Assembly: GCA_036012155.1 (NCBI GenBank)
Contig: DASCOT010000113.1
Location: 14,870-78,869, forward strand
Source of the DNA: Acidobacteriota bacterium
GTDB lineage: Bacteria > Acidobacteriota > UBA890 > WLXD01
Length of the DNA: 64,000 bases
Direction: 5' to 3'
Part shown: positions 39,619 through 49,827 of the stretch, one piece after another
Layout: every line of letters begins with the position of its first letter
How positions within the stretch are numbered: position 1 is the first letter of the stretch
The notes under the pieces: model-generated
Database searches by the model: none
What the model saw: the letters and a program-made list of their open reading frames with translations, nothing else
Told to the model about the DNA's origin: nothing
Position numbers and translations under genes: made by a program

Positions 39619-40878
39619 TCAAACCGCCGCCTCCCAGAGATCGAGTACCGCCGTGGCCATCACTCGTGTCGAAGTGACGATGTCGTCGACGGCGCACGAC
39701 TCGTCCGCCTGATGCGCCTGTTCGAGCTCACCAGGACCATAGGCGATACAGCTATTCACCCCCGCGATGCCCGACACGTGCTTGTGGTCGTAGGTTCCGG
39801 GGCTCGCCACCAGTTGCGCCGGTTGCCCGACGATCTCGCAGACCGCGCGCTCGAACGACCGCACGAGGGGCGCGTCGGCGCGGGTCGCGGTCGGGTGGAC
39901 CACGAGCAGGTCCTCGAGCTCGAGCGCATCGGCCCCATGCTCGACGCTGGCAAGCAGCTCCACGACCTCGAGCTTGACATCGTCGAAGGATTCCTCAGAC
40001 AAGAATCGGCGGTCGAAGGTCGCAGAGCAACGGTCGGGAACACAGGGTGTCTGCGTGGCGGATCCCGTCTGTCCCCCCTCGATCGCGTTGACGTTGATGC
40101 TCGCGTACCGCGATCCTTCCGGAACGACCGGCACGCTCGTAACACGCTCGCGCAGCGCTGGGGCCAGGCGCGTACGGATCGCTTCGAGGAAGGGCTGCAG
40201 CCGGTCGATAGCGTTGACCCCGAGGAATGGCATCGAGCCATGCGCCATGACGCCGCTGGCCGTGACCCGGAACCAATAGACGCCACGATGTCCGAGGCAG
40301 ATACGCTCGACACCGAAGGGCTCCGGAATGACCACGTGGTCGGTGCGATCGGCGGCGATGCGACCGATCTCCGCCAGATGTGCCACCCCGGCATGGCCGC
40401 CGCTTTCTTCATCCATGGTACCGCTAACCTCCAGTCGCCCGGCACGGCGAACCCCGGCGCGGCGTATCGCCTCGACCGCGAAGATCGCTGCCGCCAGGCC
40501 CGCCTTCATGTCGGCGCTGCCACGGCCATACAGTCGACCGTTGTCGACCTTGCCGCCGAAGGGGTCGACCGTCCAGCCCGCACCCGGGGGCACCACATCG
40601 AAGTGCCCGTTGAAGTGCACACAGGGCCCCGGTGAGTCTCCCTCCAGCAGCCCCACGACGTTGGGTCGCGGAGGGCCGCCGAGGCGTCGAGCGGTTCGGT
40701 GGAACTCGACCTCCATGGCGCCGCGCCGCAGATGATCGGCGATGAGCTCGGCGGCCGCGCAGTATTCTTCGCCGGGCGGGTTGACCGTCGGGATACGGAC
40801 AAGATCTGCGGCCAGCGCGATGATCTCCTCGGTGGCCGCCTCAATCTGCTGAAGTACGCGTTCTCTGATCCCTGTCAT
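39619..40878 (-). CDS. M20-family metallopeptidase (ArgE/DapE-like deacylase)
   Basis: 419 aa. HFDVVP, GRGSADMKAG and metal-binding His/Glu/Asp pattern of the M20 family. Confidence 0.85.
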   Translation of the reverse strand: MTGIRERVLQQIEAATEEIIALAADLVRIPTVNPPGEEYCAAAELIADHLRRGAMEVEFHRTARRLGGPPRPNVVGLLEGDSPGPCVHFNGHFDVVPPGAGWTVDPFGGKVDNGRLYGRGSADMKAGLAAAIFAVEAIRRAGVRRAGRLEVSGTMDEESGGHAGVAHLAEIGRIAADRTDHVVIPEPFGVERICLGHRGVYWFRVTASGVMAHGSMPFLGVNAIDRLQPFLEAIRTRLAPALRERVTSVPVVPEGSRYASINVNAIEGGQTGSATQTPCVPDRCSATFDRRFLSEESFDDVKLEVVELLASVEHGADALELEDLLVVHPTATRADAPLVRSFERAVCEIVGQPAQLVASPGTYDHKHVSGIAGVNSCIAYGPGELEQAHQADESCAVDDIVTSTRVMATAVLDLWEAAV

Positions 40879-40946
40879 CGCCTACCCGGTCAGCCGAGGG
40901 GCCCTTTCGTGAATACCGTTCGCCTTAACATACTGTCCGCTCACTC

Positions 40947-41753
40947 ATGACGGAGCTTGGCATGCCGGAAACGAGCTTTCGACTGGATCAACAGGTGGCC
41001 GTGGTGTGCGGTGCCGCGTCCGGTATCGGAGCCGCAGTAGCGCAAGGATTCGGCGCGCGGGGCGCGCACGTTGTGTGTCTCGATCGCAACGAGGACGGGG
41101 CTCGAGAGGTCGCCACCGCGATCGGCGACGCCGGCGGAGTCGCTAGCAGCGATTCACTGGACATCCGGGATAGCGAAGCTGTGGACCACTCCTTGGTGCG
41201 CACGGCGCAGCAGCACGACCGGCTAGACATCGTAGTATCGACGCCGAGCGTAAACGTACGCAAGCGAGTGCTCGACTATGCTCCGGAGGAGCTTGATCGG
41301 GTCATCGACCTGAACCTCAAGGGAACGTTCAACGTCCTGCAGGCAGCGGGCCGGATCATGGCAGCGCAGCAGGGTGGCAGCATCATTGCGTACTCGTCGA
41401 TCCGATCGCTGGTCGTAGAGCCCGGGCAAGGAGTCTACGCTGCCACCAAGTCCGGCATCGTTCAGCTGGTTCGGGCGCTAGCAGCGGAGCTCGGACCCGT
41501 CGGCGTGCGCGTCAACGCCATCGCCCCGGGAGTGGTGGACACGCCCCTGACCGAACCGATCAAGAGAAACGCAGACTGGTACGGTGCGTACGCCGACCGG
41601 AACGCATTGGGCCGATGGGCGCGAGTCGACGAGATGGTCGGACCGGCTGTCTTTCTCGCATCCGAGGCCGCCAGCTACGTTACCGGGACGGTGTTGTTCG
41701 TTGATGGCGGCTGGACAGCAATCGACGGACGGTTCTCGCCACCCGGAATATGA
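40947..41753 (+). CDS. SDR-family NAD(P)-dependent oxidoreductase
   Basis: 268 aa. Cofactor motif VAVVCGAASGIGAAV and catalytic YxxxK (YAATKSG). Confidence 0.88.
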   Translation: MTELGMPETSFRLDQQVAVVCGAASGIGAAVAQGFGARGAHVVCLDRNEDGAREVATAIGDAGGVASSDSLDIRDSEAVDHSLVRTAQQHDRLDIVVSTPSVNVRKRVLDYAPEELDRVIDLNLKGTFNVLQAAGRIMAAQQGGSIIAYSSIRSLVVEPGQGVYAATKSGIVQLVRALAAELGPVGVRVNAIAPGVVDTPLTEPIKRNADWYGAYADRNALGRWARVDEMVGPAVFLASEAASYVTGTVLFVDGGWTAIDGRFSPPGI

Positions 41754-41779
41754 GCCGTGCGGAAACGTGACCGCGAACG

Positions 41780-41785
41780 AGGAGC
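41780..41785 (+). promoter_or_regulatory. Shine-Dalgarno GAGGAG for the ureohydrolase gene
   Basis: gaggag 4 nt upstream of ATG 41790. Confidence 0.5.
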
Positions 41786-41789
41786 TGCG

Positions 41790-42761
41790 ATGAGCGAACG
41801 GCGGTTGGCGCGGATACTCCACGACGATGTCCCTACCCTGTTCGAAGCCCCCATGGCTGAACAGGATTTCTCCGGAGTCGTCCTGATGGGGGTACCGTAT
41901 GAAGGCGTCCTGGTGGGCGACCGGCACACGCTGTATCCGCCCGGCTCGCGGCCGCCCGAGTCCTTTTATGCGCGGCATGGCGCCGACGCGGCGCCCGACG
42001 CCATTCGCCGAACGAGCGTGATCTATTCGCTCGAGCACGACGGCGGCGTCGCGGCCGAGCTCGATTTCGTTCGCCTTTCGGATGAGCTGTGCTTGGTGGA
42101 TGCTGGAAACCATTCGCTCGACAGCTGCGAGCAACTGGCGCGCTCGGTCGCCGAGGCCGCTGGGGTTACCATCGCGCTCGGCGGCGATCACCTCGTGCCA
42201 CTACCTCTGATCCGCGGGCTGCAACACGGACACCCACGGCGGCTGGCGGTGGTCGTCCTCGACTCACACCTCGATCTCCACGCAGCTCCGCCGCTGTGGG
42301 CGGGATCGCAATGGCGCACCCTGATCGAAGAGGGACTCCTCGAGCCCTCCGATCTCACGATCATCGGGCCTCGCGGCGTGCGACATTCCCCGTCGGAGAT
42401 CGAATACGCGCGCCGGCATGGCGTCCACGTCGTGCCCATGCGAGAGATCGACGGCCGGGGACTAGCCACCGTATGCACAGAGCTGACCGACCGTCTTCGG
42501 GAGGCCGACGCCGTATACGTATCCCTGGATATCGACGTTGTAGACCCCGGTTTCTGCCCCGCACAGAAGTATCCCGACGCGGCCGGTCTGGGGCCCCGTG
42601 AGGTCCTCGCGGTCATGCGTGCAGCGGCCGCCGCGGCAACCTTGGCGGGATTCGATCTGTGCTGTCTTTCCCCACGCTATGACGAAGGCGAGCGCGGCGC
42701 CTTGCTGGCGGCACGCTTTGCCCTGGAAGCCGTGTACGCCTGCCACGGCGGCATCGGCTAG
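41790..42761 (+). CDS. arginase-family ureohydrolase (agmatinase/guanidino-acid hydrolase-like)
   Basis: Metal-binding motifs GGDHLV, DSHLD, SLDIDVVDP. ATG at 41790 preceded by a GAGGAG RBS. The ORF is open from 41757. Confidence 0.85.
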   Translation: MSERRLARILHDDVPTLFEAPMAEQDFSGVVLMGVPYEGVLVGDRHTLYPPGSRPPESFYARHGADAAPDAIRRTSVIYSLEHDGGVAAELDFVRLSDELCLVDAGNHSLDSCEQLARSVAEAAGVTIALGGDHLVPLPLIRGLQHGHPRRLAVVVLDSHLDLHAAPPLWAGSQWRTLIEEGLLEPSDLTIIGPRGVRHSPSEIEYARRHGVHVVPMREIDGRGLATVCTELTDRLREADAVYVSLDIDVVDPGFCPAQKYPDAAGLGPREVLAVMRAAAAAATLAGFDLCCLSPRYDEGERGALLAARFALEAVYACHGGIG

Positions 42762-42771
42762 CCGGCCCAGA

Positions 42772-43482
42772 TCAGCTCGGAAACGTCGAGCTGGCGCGGT
42801 CGGTCAGCTCGGCAAGCCGCAGCGCCAGGCTTCGATCGGCGCTGGCGAGCGCCGCGTCATCGGCCTCCCGCGGAACCCACAGGTGGGGCCCGTACACGAA
42901 CACCCCGCGCGCGAAAGGCAGCGGCATCAGCATACGGTCCCAACTCCGCAGTCGCCATGATCGCGAACAGTCAAAAGCGACCGGCAACAGCGGTCGCCCG
43001 GTCGCCTTGGCAATCCAGGTTGCCCCGGGCTGCACGATCCGGGCGGGACCGCGTGGCCCGTCGGGGGTGATGCCCAGATCACGGCCACGGTGCGCTGCCC
43101 GGAGCATGCCGCGGGCGGCGGCCGCGCCGCCGCGCGTGCTTGATCCGCGCACTGCCTCCACTCCGAGATAGGAGAACAGACGCGCCGTCACCTCACCATC
43201 GCGCGAGCGAGAGATCGGAACCGAAGTCGGTGGACGAAACTGCACCCACGGCATCATCGCCAGCTGCTCGTGCCAGAAGCAATAGATCACCGGCCCGCCG
43301 TCTGCCGGAAGGGCTTCCTCGGCGCCTTCGCGTGTCAACGCCATGGTGGCGCGTACCAGGCGCAGGTACGCCGCCCCCAGTGGAGCGATCAGTGCCCGCG
43401 GACTGAGCGTGCGCAGCGTGTCGGCGGGGTCGCTCGATTCTTGATCCATTGCTGCGGGATCGTCGACCAGCGATGCCATCAT
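42772..43482 (-). CDS. DUF374/lysophospholipid-acyltransferase-like protein (lipid A cluster-associated)
   Basis: 236 aa. LPLAT-type HxxxxD-like core (FWHEQ). Immediately downstream of msbA. Confidence 0.7.
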   Translation of the reverse strand: MMASLVDDPAAMDQESSDPADTLRTLSPRALIAPLGAAYLRLVRATMALTREGAEEALPADGGPVIYCFWHEQLAMMPWVQFRPPTSVPISRSRDGEVTARLFSYLGVEAVRGSSTRGGAAAARGMLRAAHRGRDLGITPDGPRGPARIVQPGATWIAKATGRPLLPVAFDCSRSWRLRSWDRMLMPLPFARGVFVYGPHLWVPREADDAALASADRSLALRLAELTDRASSTFPS

Positions 43483-43521
43483 CGTGTTCTCTCGCAGCCG
43501 TCACCTGCGACCGTGACGAGC

Positions 43522-45330
43522 TCAGCCTTCGAGCGCAAACCCAGATCCGGCGGCGGCCGCAAAGTCCAATGAATACAGTCGCTGATAGGCTCCCATACGG
43601 GCCAGCAGTTGCTCGTGTGTCCCCTTCTCAGCCACTCTACCGCCCTCGATCACCACGATGAGGTCGGCTCCCTGAATAGTCGACAGCCGGTGGGCAATGA
43701 CGAGCGTCGTGCGACCCTCCATCAAGTTGACTAGCGCTTCCTGCACGAGCCGGTCCGATCTCACATCGAGATTGCTCGTGGCCTCGTCGAGGATGAGGAT
43801 CGGCGCGTTCTTCAGCAACGCGCGGGCAATGGCGATGCGTTGTCGCTGCCCGCCTGAAAGCCGCAGGCCAAGCTCCCCGAGGACGGTGTCGTAGCCGTTC
43901 GGTAGCTGCTCAATGAACTCGTGGGCGAAAGCAGCCCGGGCGGCGCGTTGCACCGCGTCATCTGAAATCCCCGGTTGGCAATACGCAATGTTGTTGCGGA
44001 CGCTGTCGTTGAACAGGATCGTCTCCTGCGTCACGACTGCGATCTGATCACGTAGATCATCGAGCCTGATGTCACTCAGGTCGACTCCATCGATACTCAC
44101 CACGCCGTCAGACGGAACATAGAAACGAGGGATCAGGTTGGCGAGGGTGGACTTCCCCGCGCCCGACGAACCGACAAGCGCCACGGCGGTACCGGCCCGG
44201 ATATCGAGATCAATGTCATGCAGGATTCTCTCGTCGGGCGCGTCGTCGTAGGCGAACGAGACGTGCTGCAGCCGAATACCCTCGACCAGCGGTGGCATCG
44301 ACAGCTCGGCCGGTTTGCCTGGGATCACGTTGGCGGTGCCGGCCGCGGCGGCGGCCAACCCGGCTCGGAGTGGCTCGAGCGGCGCATCGAGGACCTCGTA
44401 GATACGATCGGCGGCGGCGGCCGCCGCCTGGATCCGTACGTTGGCTGAGCTCAACCGGCGCAGCGGCGCGTAGGTCGCAAAGGCGGCGAAGAGGACTCGT
44501 GCCAGATCCCCGGTCGAGAGGCTTCCGGTAGTGATACGCCAAGATCCATAGACCATCACCAGTGCACCCGCGCTTGCGGCAATGAACTCGATCAGCGGCG
44601 AACCGATGCTGGCCAGCCGCTCAGCATGCAGTGAGTGTCGGTAGAGGCGCTCGGCCGAGCGGCGGAACTTCTCGGTCTCGGCCTGCTCCATGCCGAACGC
44701 TTTGACGACTCGGATGCCGGTGAGAGTCTCCTGTAGCAGCGACGACAGCTGCCCCAGGCCACGCTGGGCCTCATGGCTCACACGGCGCAATCCCTGCCCT
44801 AGCCAAGCAATCACGGCCACCAGCAGCGGTGCAGCCACCAAGATGAGCAAGGTCAGGAGCCAATCGGTCGCAAACATGATTCCCAGGTAGACCGCCAGCG
44901 TGGCACTCTCGCGCAACAGATCGACAAGAACACGCGTCAGCGCTTCCTGAATCGCCATCACATCGCTGGTCACGCGCGACATGAGACCGCCGGTCGATCG
45001 GCGCTTGTGGAAAGCCAGTGGCAGGAACTGGAGATGGCCATATAGCCGAACTCGCAGATCCTTGACCACCGCGAACCCGACGCTGCCCATGAGGTAGCTC
45101 GACGAGTACCGCGCAATCCCCAGCGTCAAGTACAGCAGCACGACCACGCCAGCCAACATACGCACATACGAAGCTTGTGCGTCCGGCTGAAACGCATCGT
45201 CGATCACCGGTTTGACCATCCAGAGGATGGCCCCATTGGCCGCCGCTACGACCGCCATGGCCATGACGGCACCGAACATTCGGGGCGCATATGGCCGGAC
45301 CATTCTGAGCAAGCGATTGAGATTGGCCAT
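43522..45330 (-). CDS. msbA: ABC transporter permease/ATP-binding protein, MsbA-like lipid A flippase
   Basis: 602 aa fused TMD-NBD. Walker A GSSGAGKST, signature LSGGQRQR, Walker B ILILDEATS. Adjacent to lpxB. Confidence 0.85.
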   Translation of the reverse strand: MANLNRLLRMVRPYAPRMFGAVMAMAVVAAANGAILWMVKPVIDDAFQPDAQASYVRMLAGVVVLLYLTLGIARYSSSYLMGSVGFAVVKDLRVRLYGHLQFLPLAFHKRRSTGGLMSRVTSDVMAIQEALTRVLVDLLRESATLAVYLGIMFATDWLLTLLILVAAPLLVAVIAWLGQGLRRVSHEAQRGLGQLSSLLQETLTGIRVVKAFGMEQAETEKFRRSAERLYRHSLHAERLASIGSPLIEFIAASAGALVMVYGSWRITTGSLSTGDLARVLFAAFATYAPLRRLSSANVRIQAAAAAADRIYEVLDAPLEPLRAGLAAAAAGTANVIPGKPAELSMPPLVEGIRLQHVSFAYDDAPDERILHDIDLDIRAGTAVALVGSSGAGKSTLANLIPRFYVPSDGVVSIDGVDLSDIRLDDLRDQIAVVTQETILFNDSVRNNIAYCQPGISDDAVQRAARAAFAHEFIEQLPNGYDTVLGELGLRLSGGQRQRIAIARALLKNAPILILDEATSNLDVRSDRLVQEALVNLMEGRTTLVIAHRLSTIQGADLIVVIEGGRVAEKGTHEQLLARMGAYQRLYSLDFAAAAGSGFALEG

Positions 45331-46523
45331 CAGATCGCAGGTTCTCCGGACGGCGCCGGAGTCAGAGTGGCGAGAACGGCGCGCGCGGCGCGTGCCGAAG
45401 CGCCGGGCTCGCCAAGCCTGGCGCGCACATCGATCAGAAACCGCTTGACCCGGTCCCTGTTCTCCTCGTCGTTCAGTAGCGGCACCAGCTCGGCGACTAT
45501 CGCGTCGGGCGTAACCTCGTTCTGGAGCAGCTCAGGCACGCCGCGATGCCCTGCGACCACGTTGACCAGCGCGATATCTGGGATGCGCACGAGTAACTTT
45601 CCGAGATTGTAAGTGAGCCAGGATGTCCTGTAAACGACGACCTCGGGCGTCCCGAGCAGTGCCACCTCCAGCGTCGCAGTGCCAGAGCACACCACGGCCG
45701 CCCGGGCGTGCCGAACCGCCTCGTAGGTGTCGTTTTCGATCAGATGGACGTGTGCACGAATCTCGGCGTCGAGATCGTCCAGAAGGGGCCGATAGGAATC
45801 GCAACCCAACGCTGCAGCTACCGGCACGATGTACTCGTAGGCCCCCTCCCGGGCAAGCTGCGCGGCGGCCTCCAGCATCGTCGGCAACAGCCGTTCCACT
45901 TCGGCGCGCCGGCTGCCAGGCAGCAACGCGATCCATCGACGGTCGAGATCGAGAGCGTGACGCTCGGCGAAGCTCCCCACCTCACCCGTTGCCGGAATGA
46001 CATCGAGCAGAGGATGCCCGACGAAATCCACGGAAAGCCCGGCGCCTTCGTAGAGCTCCTTCTCGAAGGGCAGAATCACCAGCATGCGATCCACCAGCCG
46101 CGCGATCTGTCGGACGCGGCCGCGCCGCCAAGCCCAGACCTGCGGACTGATGTAGTAGACGATCGGCAGATCGGGACGCGCGCGCCGCAGGCGTCGAGCA
46201 AGTCGCAGGTTGAAGTCCGGGTAGTCAATCAGCACTACCGCGCGCACGCGCCGGGCGCTAGCAGCGTCGAGGACACGGCTCATGGCCCGACGAATCTCGC
46301 CGAGATGGCCGAGAACCTCGGTGATCCCCACTACCGCCAAGTGGCGATAGTGCGCCAGCAGCTCGGCACCGGAAGCTGCCATCAGGTCACCACCGATGGC
46401 GATGACCTCGGTCTGCGGCCGGAGCTGCTTGATCTCGCGAATGAGGCTGCTGCCATGCAAATCCCCCGAGGCCTCACCGGCGACCACAAGCAGGTCGGCA
46501 CCGTGCTCTCGCGATGCCACCAT
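45330..46523 (-). CDS. lpxB: lipid-A-disaccharide synthase
   Basis: LLVVAGEASGDLHGSSLIREIK N-terminus and GT19 body. Start set at MVASREHGADLL (the ORF is open 22 codons upstream). Confidence 0.9.
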   Translation of the reverse strand: MVASREHGADLLVVAGEASGDLHGSSLIREIKQLRPQTEVIAIGGDLMAASGAELLAHYRHLAVVGITEVLGHLGEIRRAMSRVLDAASARRVRAVVLIDYPDFNLRLARRLRRARPDLPIVYYISPQVWAWRRGRVRQIARLVDRMLVILPFEKELYEGAGLSVDFVGHPLLDVIPATGEVGSFAERHALDLDRRWIALLPGSRRAEVERLLPTMLEAAAQLAREGAYEYIVPVAAALGCDSYRPLLDDLDAEIRAHVHLIENDTYEAVRHARAAVVCSGTATLEVALLGTPEVVVYRTSWLTYNLGKLLVRIPDIALVNVVAGHRGVPELLQNEVTPDAIVAELVPLLNDEENRDRVKRFLIDVRARLGEPGASARAARAVLATLTPAPSGEPAI

Positions 46524-46715
46524 CACTCGGACTCTCCGATCAGTCGCTGAAGCCTCGCCTGCATCGCTCACAACCCCTCGAACGACCAAAGGGTACTCGA
46601 TCGTCCCGGGCTACCGGTCTCCGGCCTCGTTCCGAGGTCCGCTGAGGGCGCTGCCCGTGCTACCATTCAATCTACGCCGCGCTCGCCTCCGCTGCGGCAA
46701 TCCCACGCCTCCCGG

Positions 46716-47834
46716 ATGCACGTCTGTATCGACTATCGCCCGGCGCTTCATGAGAGTACGGGCGTTGGCACCTACGTTCGCGGCCTTCTGGCCGCGCTCG
46801 TCAGTGCCTTCCCCGACGATCGCCATACGGCGTTCTCTGCCTCTTGGAAGCATCGCCTCGTTGGCGCCCCCGACGCTCCGGGGGCGCATCTTCGCGACGT
46901 GCGCGTGCCGGTGCGGCTCCTCGACTGGCTGTGGCATCGCCGCCGATGGCCTCCGGTCGAACACTGGGTTGGCGATCTCGACATCGCCCATTCGCCCTCA
47001 CCAATGCTTGTTCCAACGCGCCGAGCTCGCCGCCTGGTCACCGTGCACGATTGCTACTTTGCTCGACGGCCCGACGACGTAAGCGGTGCGGTGCGTCGCG
47101 ACTATGTGCCTCTAGTCGCCGACTCCCTACGCCGCGCCGACGCCGTGATCGCTGTTTCCGAGACCACCAAGCAAGAATTGCAGGAGCTATTCGACGTGGC
47201 TCCCGAGAGGATCCACGTCACCTACAACGGCGTTGACGCCGCATTCGGACCGGGCCAAGCGACCAGCAAGCAGGCAGCTCGCGCGGCGCTCGGAGTCGAA
47301 CGACCCTATCTGCTATTTGTCGGTCGCCGAGATCCGCGTAAGGACCTGGGCACCCTGCTGACCGGATTCGGCGAGCTCGCCGCCCACCACCCAGACTTGG
47401 ATCTGCTGCTCGTGGGCCCGGACGGATACCGCTGGGAGAATGTGTGGGGATCGGCGGCGCCTCACACACGGCAGCGTAGTCGCTGTATGCCGCACCAGCC
47501 GACCGTCCATCTCGCCGCGTTGTACGAGGGCGCAGAGGCCCTGGTGCTCAGCTCCCGCTGGGAAGGGTTCGGCCTCACCGCAGTCGAGGCCATGGCCTCA
47601 GGCACGCCGGTCGTTGCATCGCGCGCCGGAGCCTTGCCTGAAGTTCTTGGTGACGCGGCCTCCTGGTTCGAAGTCGGCGATGCTGCCGGCTTGGCACAGG
47701 CCTGCGACCGGGCAATCTCCGACTCGAGCTATCGTGAGGATCTGGTCAAGGCTGGTATCCGCTGCGCGGCCCGCTACACCTGGCACAATGCCGCCGTACG
47801 CACCCGTGCGGTCTACGACCGACTGCTCAAATGA
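46716..47834 (+). CDS. glycosyltransferase family 4 (GT-B, retaining)
   Basis: 372 aa. EX7E motif WEGFGLTAVEAMASGTPVV. Paralogous to the GT4s at 47831 and 49827. Confidence 0.85.
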   Translation: MHVCIDYRPALHESTGVGTYVRGLLAALVSAFPDDRHTAFSASWKHRLVGAPDAPGAHLRDVRVPVRLLDWLWHRRRWPPVEHWVGDLDIAHSPSPMLVPTRRARRLVTVHDCYFARRPDDVSGAVRRDYVPLVADSLRRADAVIAVSETTKQELQELFDVAPERIHVTYNGVDAAFGPGQATSKQAARAALGVERPYLLFVGRRDPRKDLGTLLTGFGELAAHHPDLDLLLVGPDGYRWENVWGSAAPHTRQRSRCMPHQPTVHLAALYEGAEALVLSSRWEGFGLTAVEAMASGTPVVASRAGALPEVLGDAASWFEVGDAAGLAQACDRAISDSSYREDLVKAGIRCAARYTWHNAAVRTRAVYDRLLK

Positions 47835-48910
47835 GGGTCGCCGTCGACGCGCGCGAGCTGACCGGCAGACGTACCGGTGTCGGTCGTGTGATTCAAGGAT
47901 TGCTAGAGGCATGGCCGCCGGGCGATGAGCTCTGCCTCATTACCCGCACACCCCTGCCCTCCACGTTGCTGCAGCCCAACTGGCGCACGGCCGTTGATTC
48001 CGCCTACGCGTCGCTACCCGGCGCGTTGTGGGAACACGTACGCTTGCCGCGAATGGTACGCGCCAGTCGCGCCGACGCGCTGCTTGCCCCCAACTACAGC
48101 ATGCCGCTGCGCGCGCCTTGCCCCACTGCCGTATGCATGCACGATTGTGCACCCTTCGCGCTGCCACACGGGTTCCGCACACGCGAGCGCTGGCGGCGAC
48201 AGGCCGCGGCGCGATTTGCGGCGCGGCGCGCCGCGTTCTTGTTCATGGGATCACGCTTCGCCGCTGATGAGGCACAAAGAACCCTCGCCGTGGCCGAAGA
48301 GCGTCTGCTGGTGATCCCCTGGGGTCTCACGCGAGGCTTCGGTGCGATATCGAGCGAGCGCATCGACGATGTTCAGGCGCGTTATGGAATCCGCGGCCGC
48401 AGCGTGCTGTTCGTCGGCTCGGGTCTGCAGCGACGGGGCCTTCGAGAACTCGGCACATGGATGGCGGAGATCGGCGCCACTCGCCCGGATGTCGAGCTGT
48501 TGGTGGCGGGTACCAAGCACCAGCCGGGCGGCGATACCGCACCGATCCGACACCTCGGATACGTCCCTGAGGACGACTTGGCGCCACTCTATGCCGCTGC
48601 CACGGTAGTGGCGTACCCGTCGTCGTATGAGGGCTTCGGCCTTTCCGTACTCGAGGCGCTTGCCTGCGGCACACCGGCGGTGGCGTCGGCCACGTCGGCG
48701 CTGGCGGAGGTCTACGCGGGCCGAGCACGTCTGGTGCCGCATGGCGATGGCGACGCCTGGAAGACGGCCCTCACCGCCCTGCTCGACGACGCCACGGAGC
48801 GTCAGCGCACCATCGAGACCGGAACCGCATGGGCTCGAGCCCAGCGCTGGGAGCCTAGCGCTACCCAACTGCGGGCGAGACTCGCGACTGCCGTCGGCGA
48901 CTCGCAATGA
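47831..48910 (+). CDS. glycosyltransferase family 4
   Basis: 359 aa. YEGFGLSVLEALACGTPAV. Its ATG overlaps the upstream stop (ATGA). Confidence 0.85.
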   Translation: MRVAVDARELTGRRTGVGRVIQGLLEAWPPGDELCLITRTPLPSTLLQPNWRTAVDSAYASLPGALWEHVRLPRMVRASRADALLAPNYSMPLRAPCPTAVCMHDCAPFALPHGFRTRERWRRQAAARFAARRAAFLFMGSRFAADEAQRTLAVAEERLLVIPWGLTRGFGAISSERIDDVQARYGIRGRSVLFVGSGLQRRGLRELGTWMAEIGATRPDVELLVAGTKHQPGGDTAPIRHLGYVPEDDLAPLYAAATVVAYPSSYEGFGLSVLEALACGTPAVASATSALAEVYAGRARLVPHGDGDAWKTALTALLDDATERQRTIETGTAWARAQRWEPSATQLRARLATAVGDSQ

Positions 48911-49827
48911 GCGACGCACGAGTTGATGTCGTTGTCGTGAGCTTCAACCGTCGCGAACTGCTGGCGAGGTGTTGCGAAAGCGTCGCCGCGCTCGGCGAGC
49001 AGGTCCACCTCATTGTGGTCGACAATGCCTCGGAGGATGGTAGTGCCGACATGGTGCAGCAGCGATTTCCAGAGGCCTCGCTGATTCGCAGCCAGCGAAA
49101 CCTTGGCTTCGGCGGGGCCGCCAATCGAGGCGCCGCGGCGGGCAATGCAGAGTTGCTGCTATTTCTGAACAGCGACGCGCAGTTACTCGAGGGGGGCTAT
49201 GAGGCCCTGGCGTCAGCGCTCCTCAGCAACTCCAAGACGGCCGCCGTCGGCCCTCATTTGGCGGACGAGCACGGCCGTACTGAGCTGTCCGTCGGCCGCA
49301 CTCTGAGCCTCTCGAACGAGGCGTGGTTCAAGATCTTGGGTAGCGCATATGAGGCTCGCCTTCCCCTGCTACATGGCATCGTCGACCGGCGCTACGAGCG
49401 CGCCCGACAGACGCGATCGCTGAGCGCCGCGTGCCTTCTGCTGCGACGCGAGGCATTCGATCAGCTGGGTGGATTCGATGAGCGTTTCTTTCTGTACGCA
49501 GAGGACGTCGACCTTTGCCTCAGGCTGGTCCGGGCCGGCTGGCACCTGCGCTACGTTTCCGAGGCCCGGGTACGGCATCGCCGCGGTGCCTCGGCGGCCG
49601 TTCGGCCCCTGATGACGGAACACTGGTATCGCCGCAGCCAAATCGCCTTCTACGAGAAGCACCGCTCGCGACTGGCCCTGACTTGCTTGCGCGTCTATCT
49701 GCGCGTCCGGTACGCGCTGCTGTCGCGGTTCGGAGACAGCGATCGGCGCCAGCGAGCGCAGGCGGTAGCGGATTCGTTGCGCGGCGCGCCGGATGCAACA
49801 CCGTCTGTCACCACAGGCGACCGCTGA
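48907..49827 (+). CDS. glycosyltransferase family 2 (GT-A, rhamnosyl/glucosyl-transferase-like)
   Basis: 306 aa. VVVVSFNRRELL...VVDNASEDGS...FLNSDA motifs. ATGA overlap with the upstream gene. Confidence 0.85.
   Translation: MSDARVDVVVVSFNRRELLARCCESVAALGEQVHLIVVDNASEDGSADMVQQRFPEASLIRSQRNLGFGGAANRGAAAGNAELLLFLNSDAQLLEGGYEALASALLSNSKTAAVGPHLADEHGRTELSVGRTLSLSNEAWFKILGSAYEARLPLLHGIVDRRYERARQTRSLSAACLLLRREAFDQLGGFDERFFLYAEDVDLCLRLVRAGWHLRYVSEARVRHRRGASAAVRPLMTEHWYRRSQIAFYEKHRSRLALTCLRVYLRVRYALLSRFGDSDRRQRAQAVADSLRGAPDATPSVTTGDR

Noticed and set aside
39073-40635. 520-aa plus-strand ORF
   Set aside because: Antisense to the M20 peptidase and cytochrome c genes. Arg/Ala-rich, low-complexity translation typical of GC-rich antisense frames.
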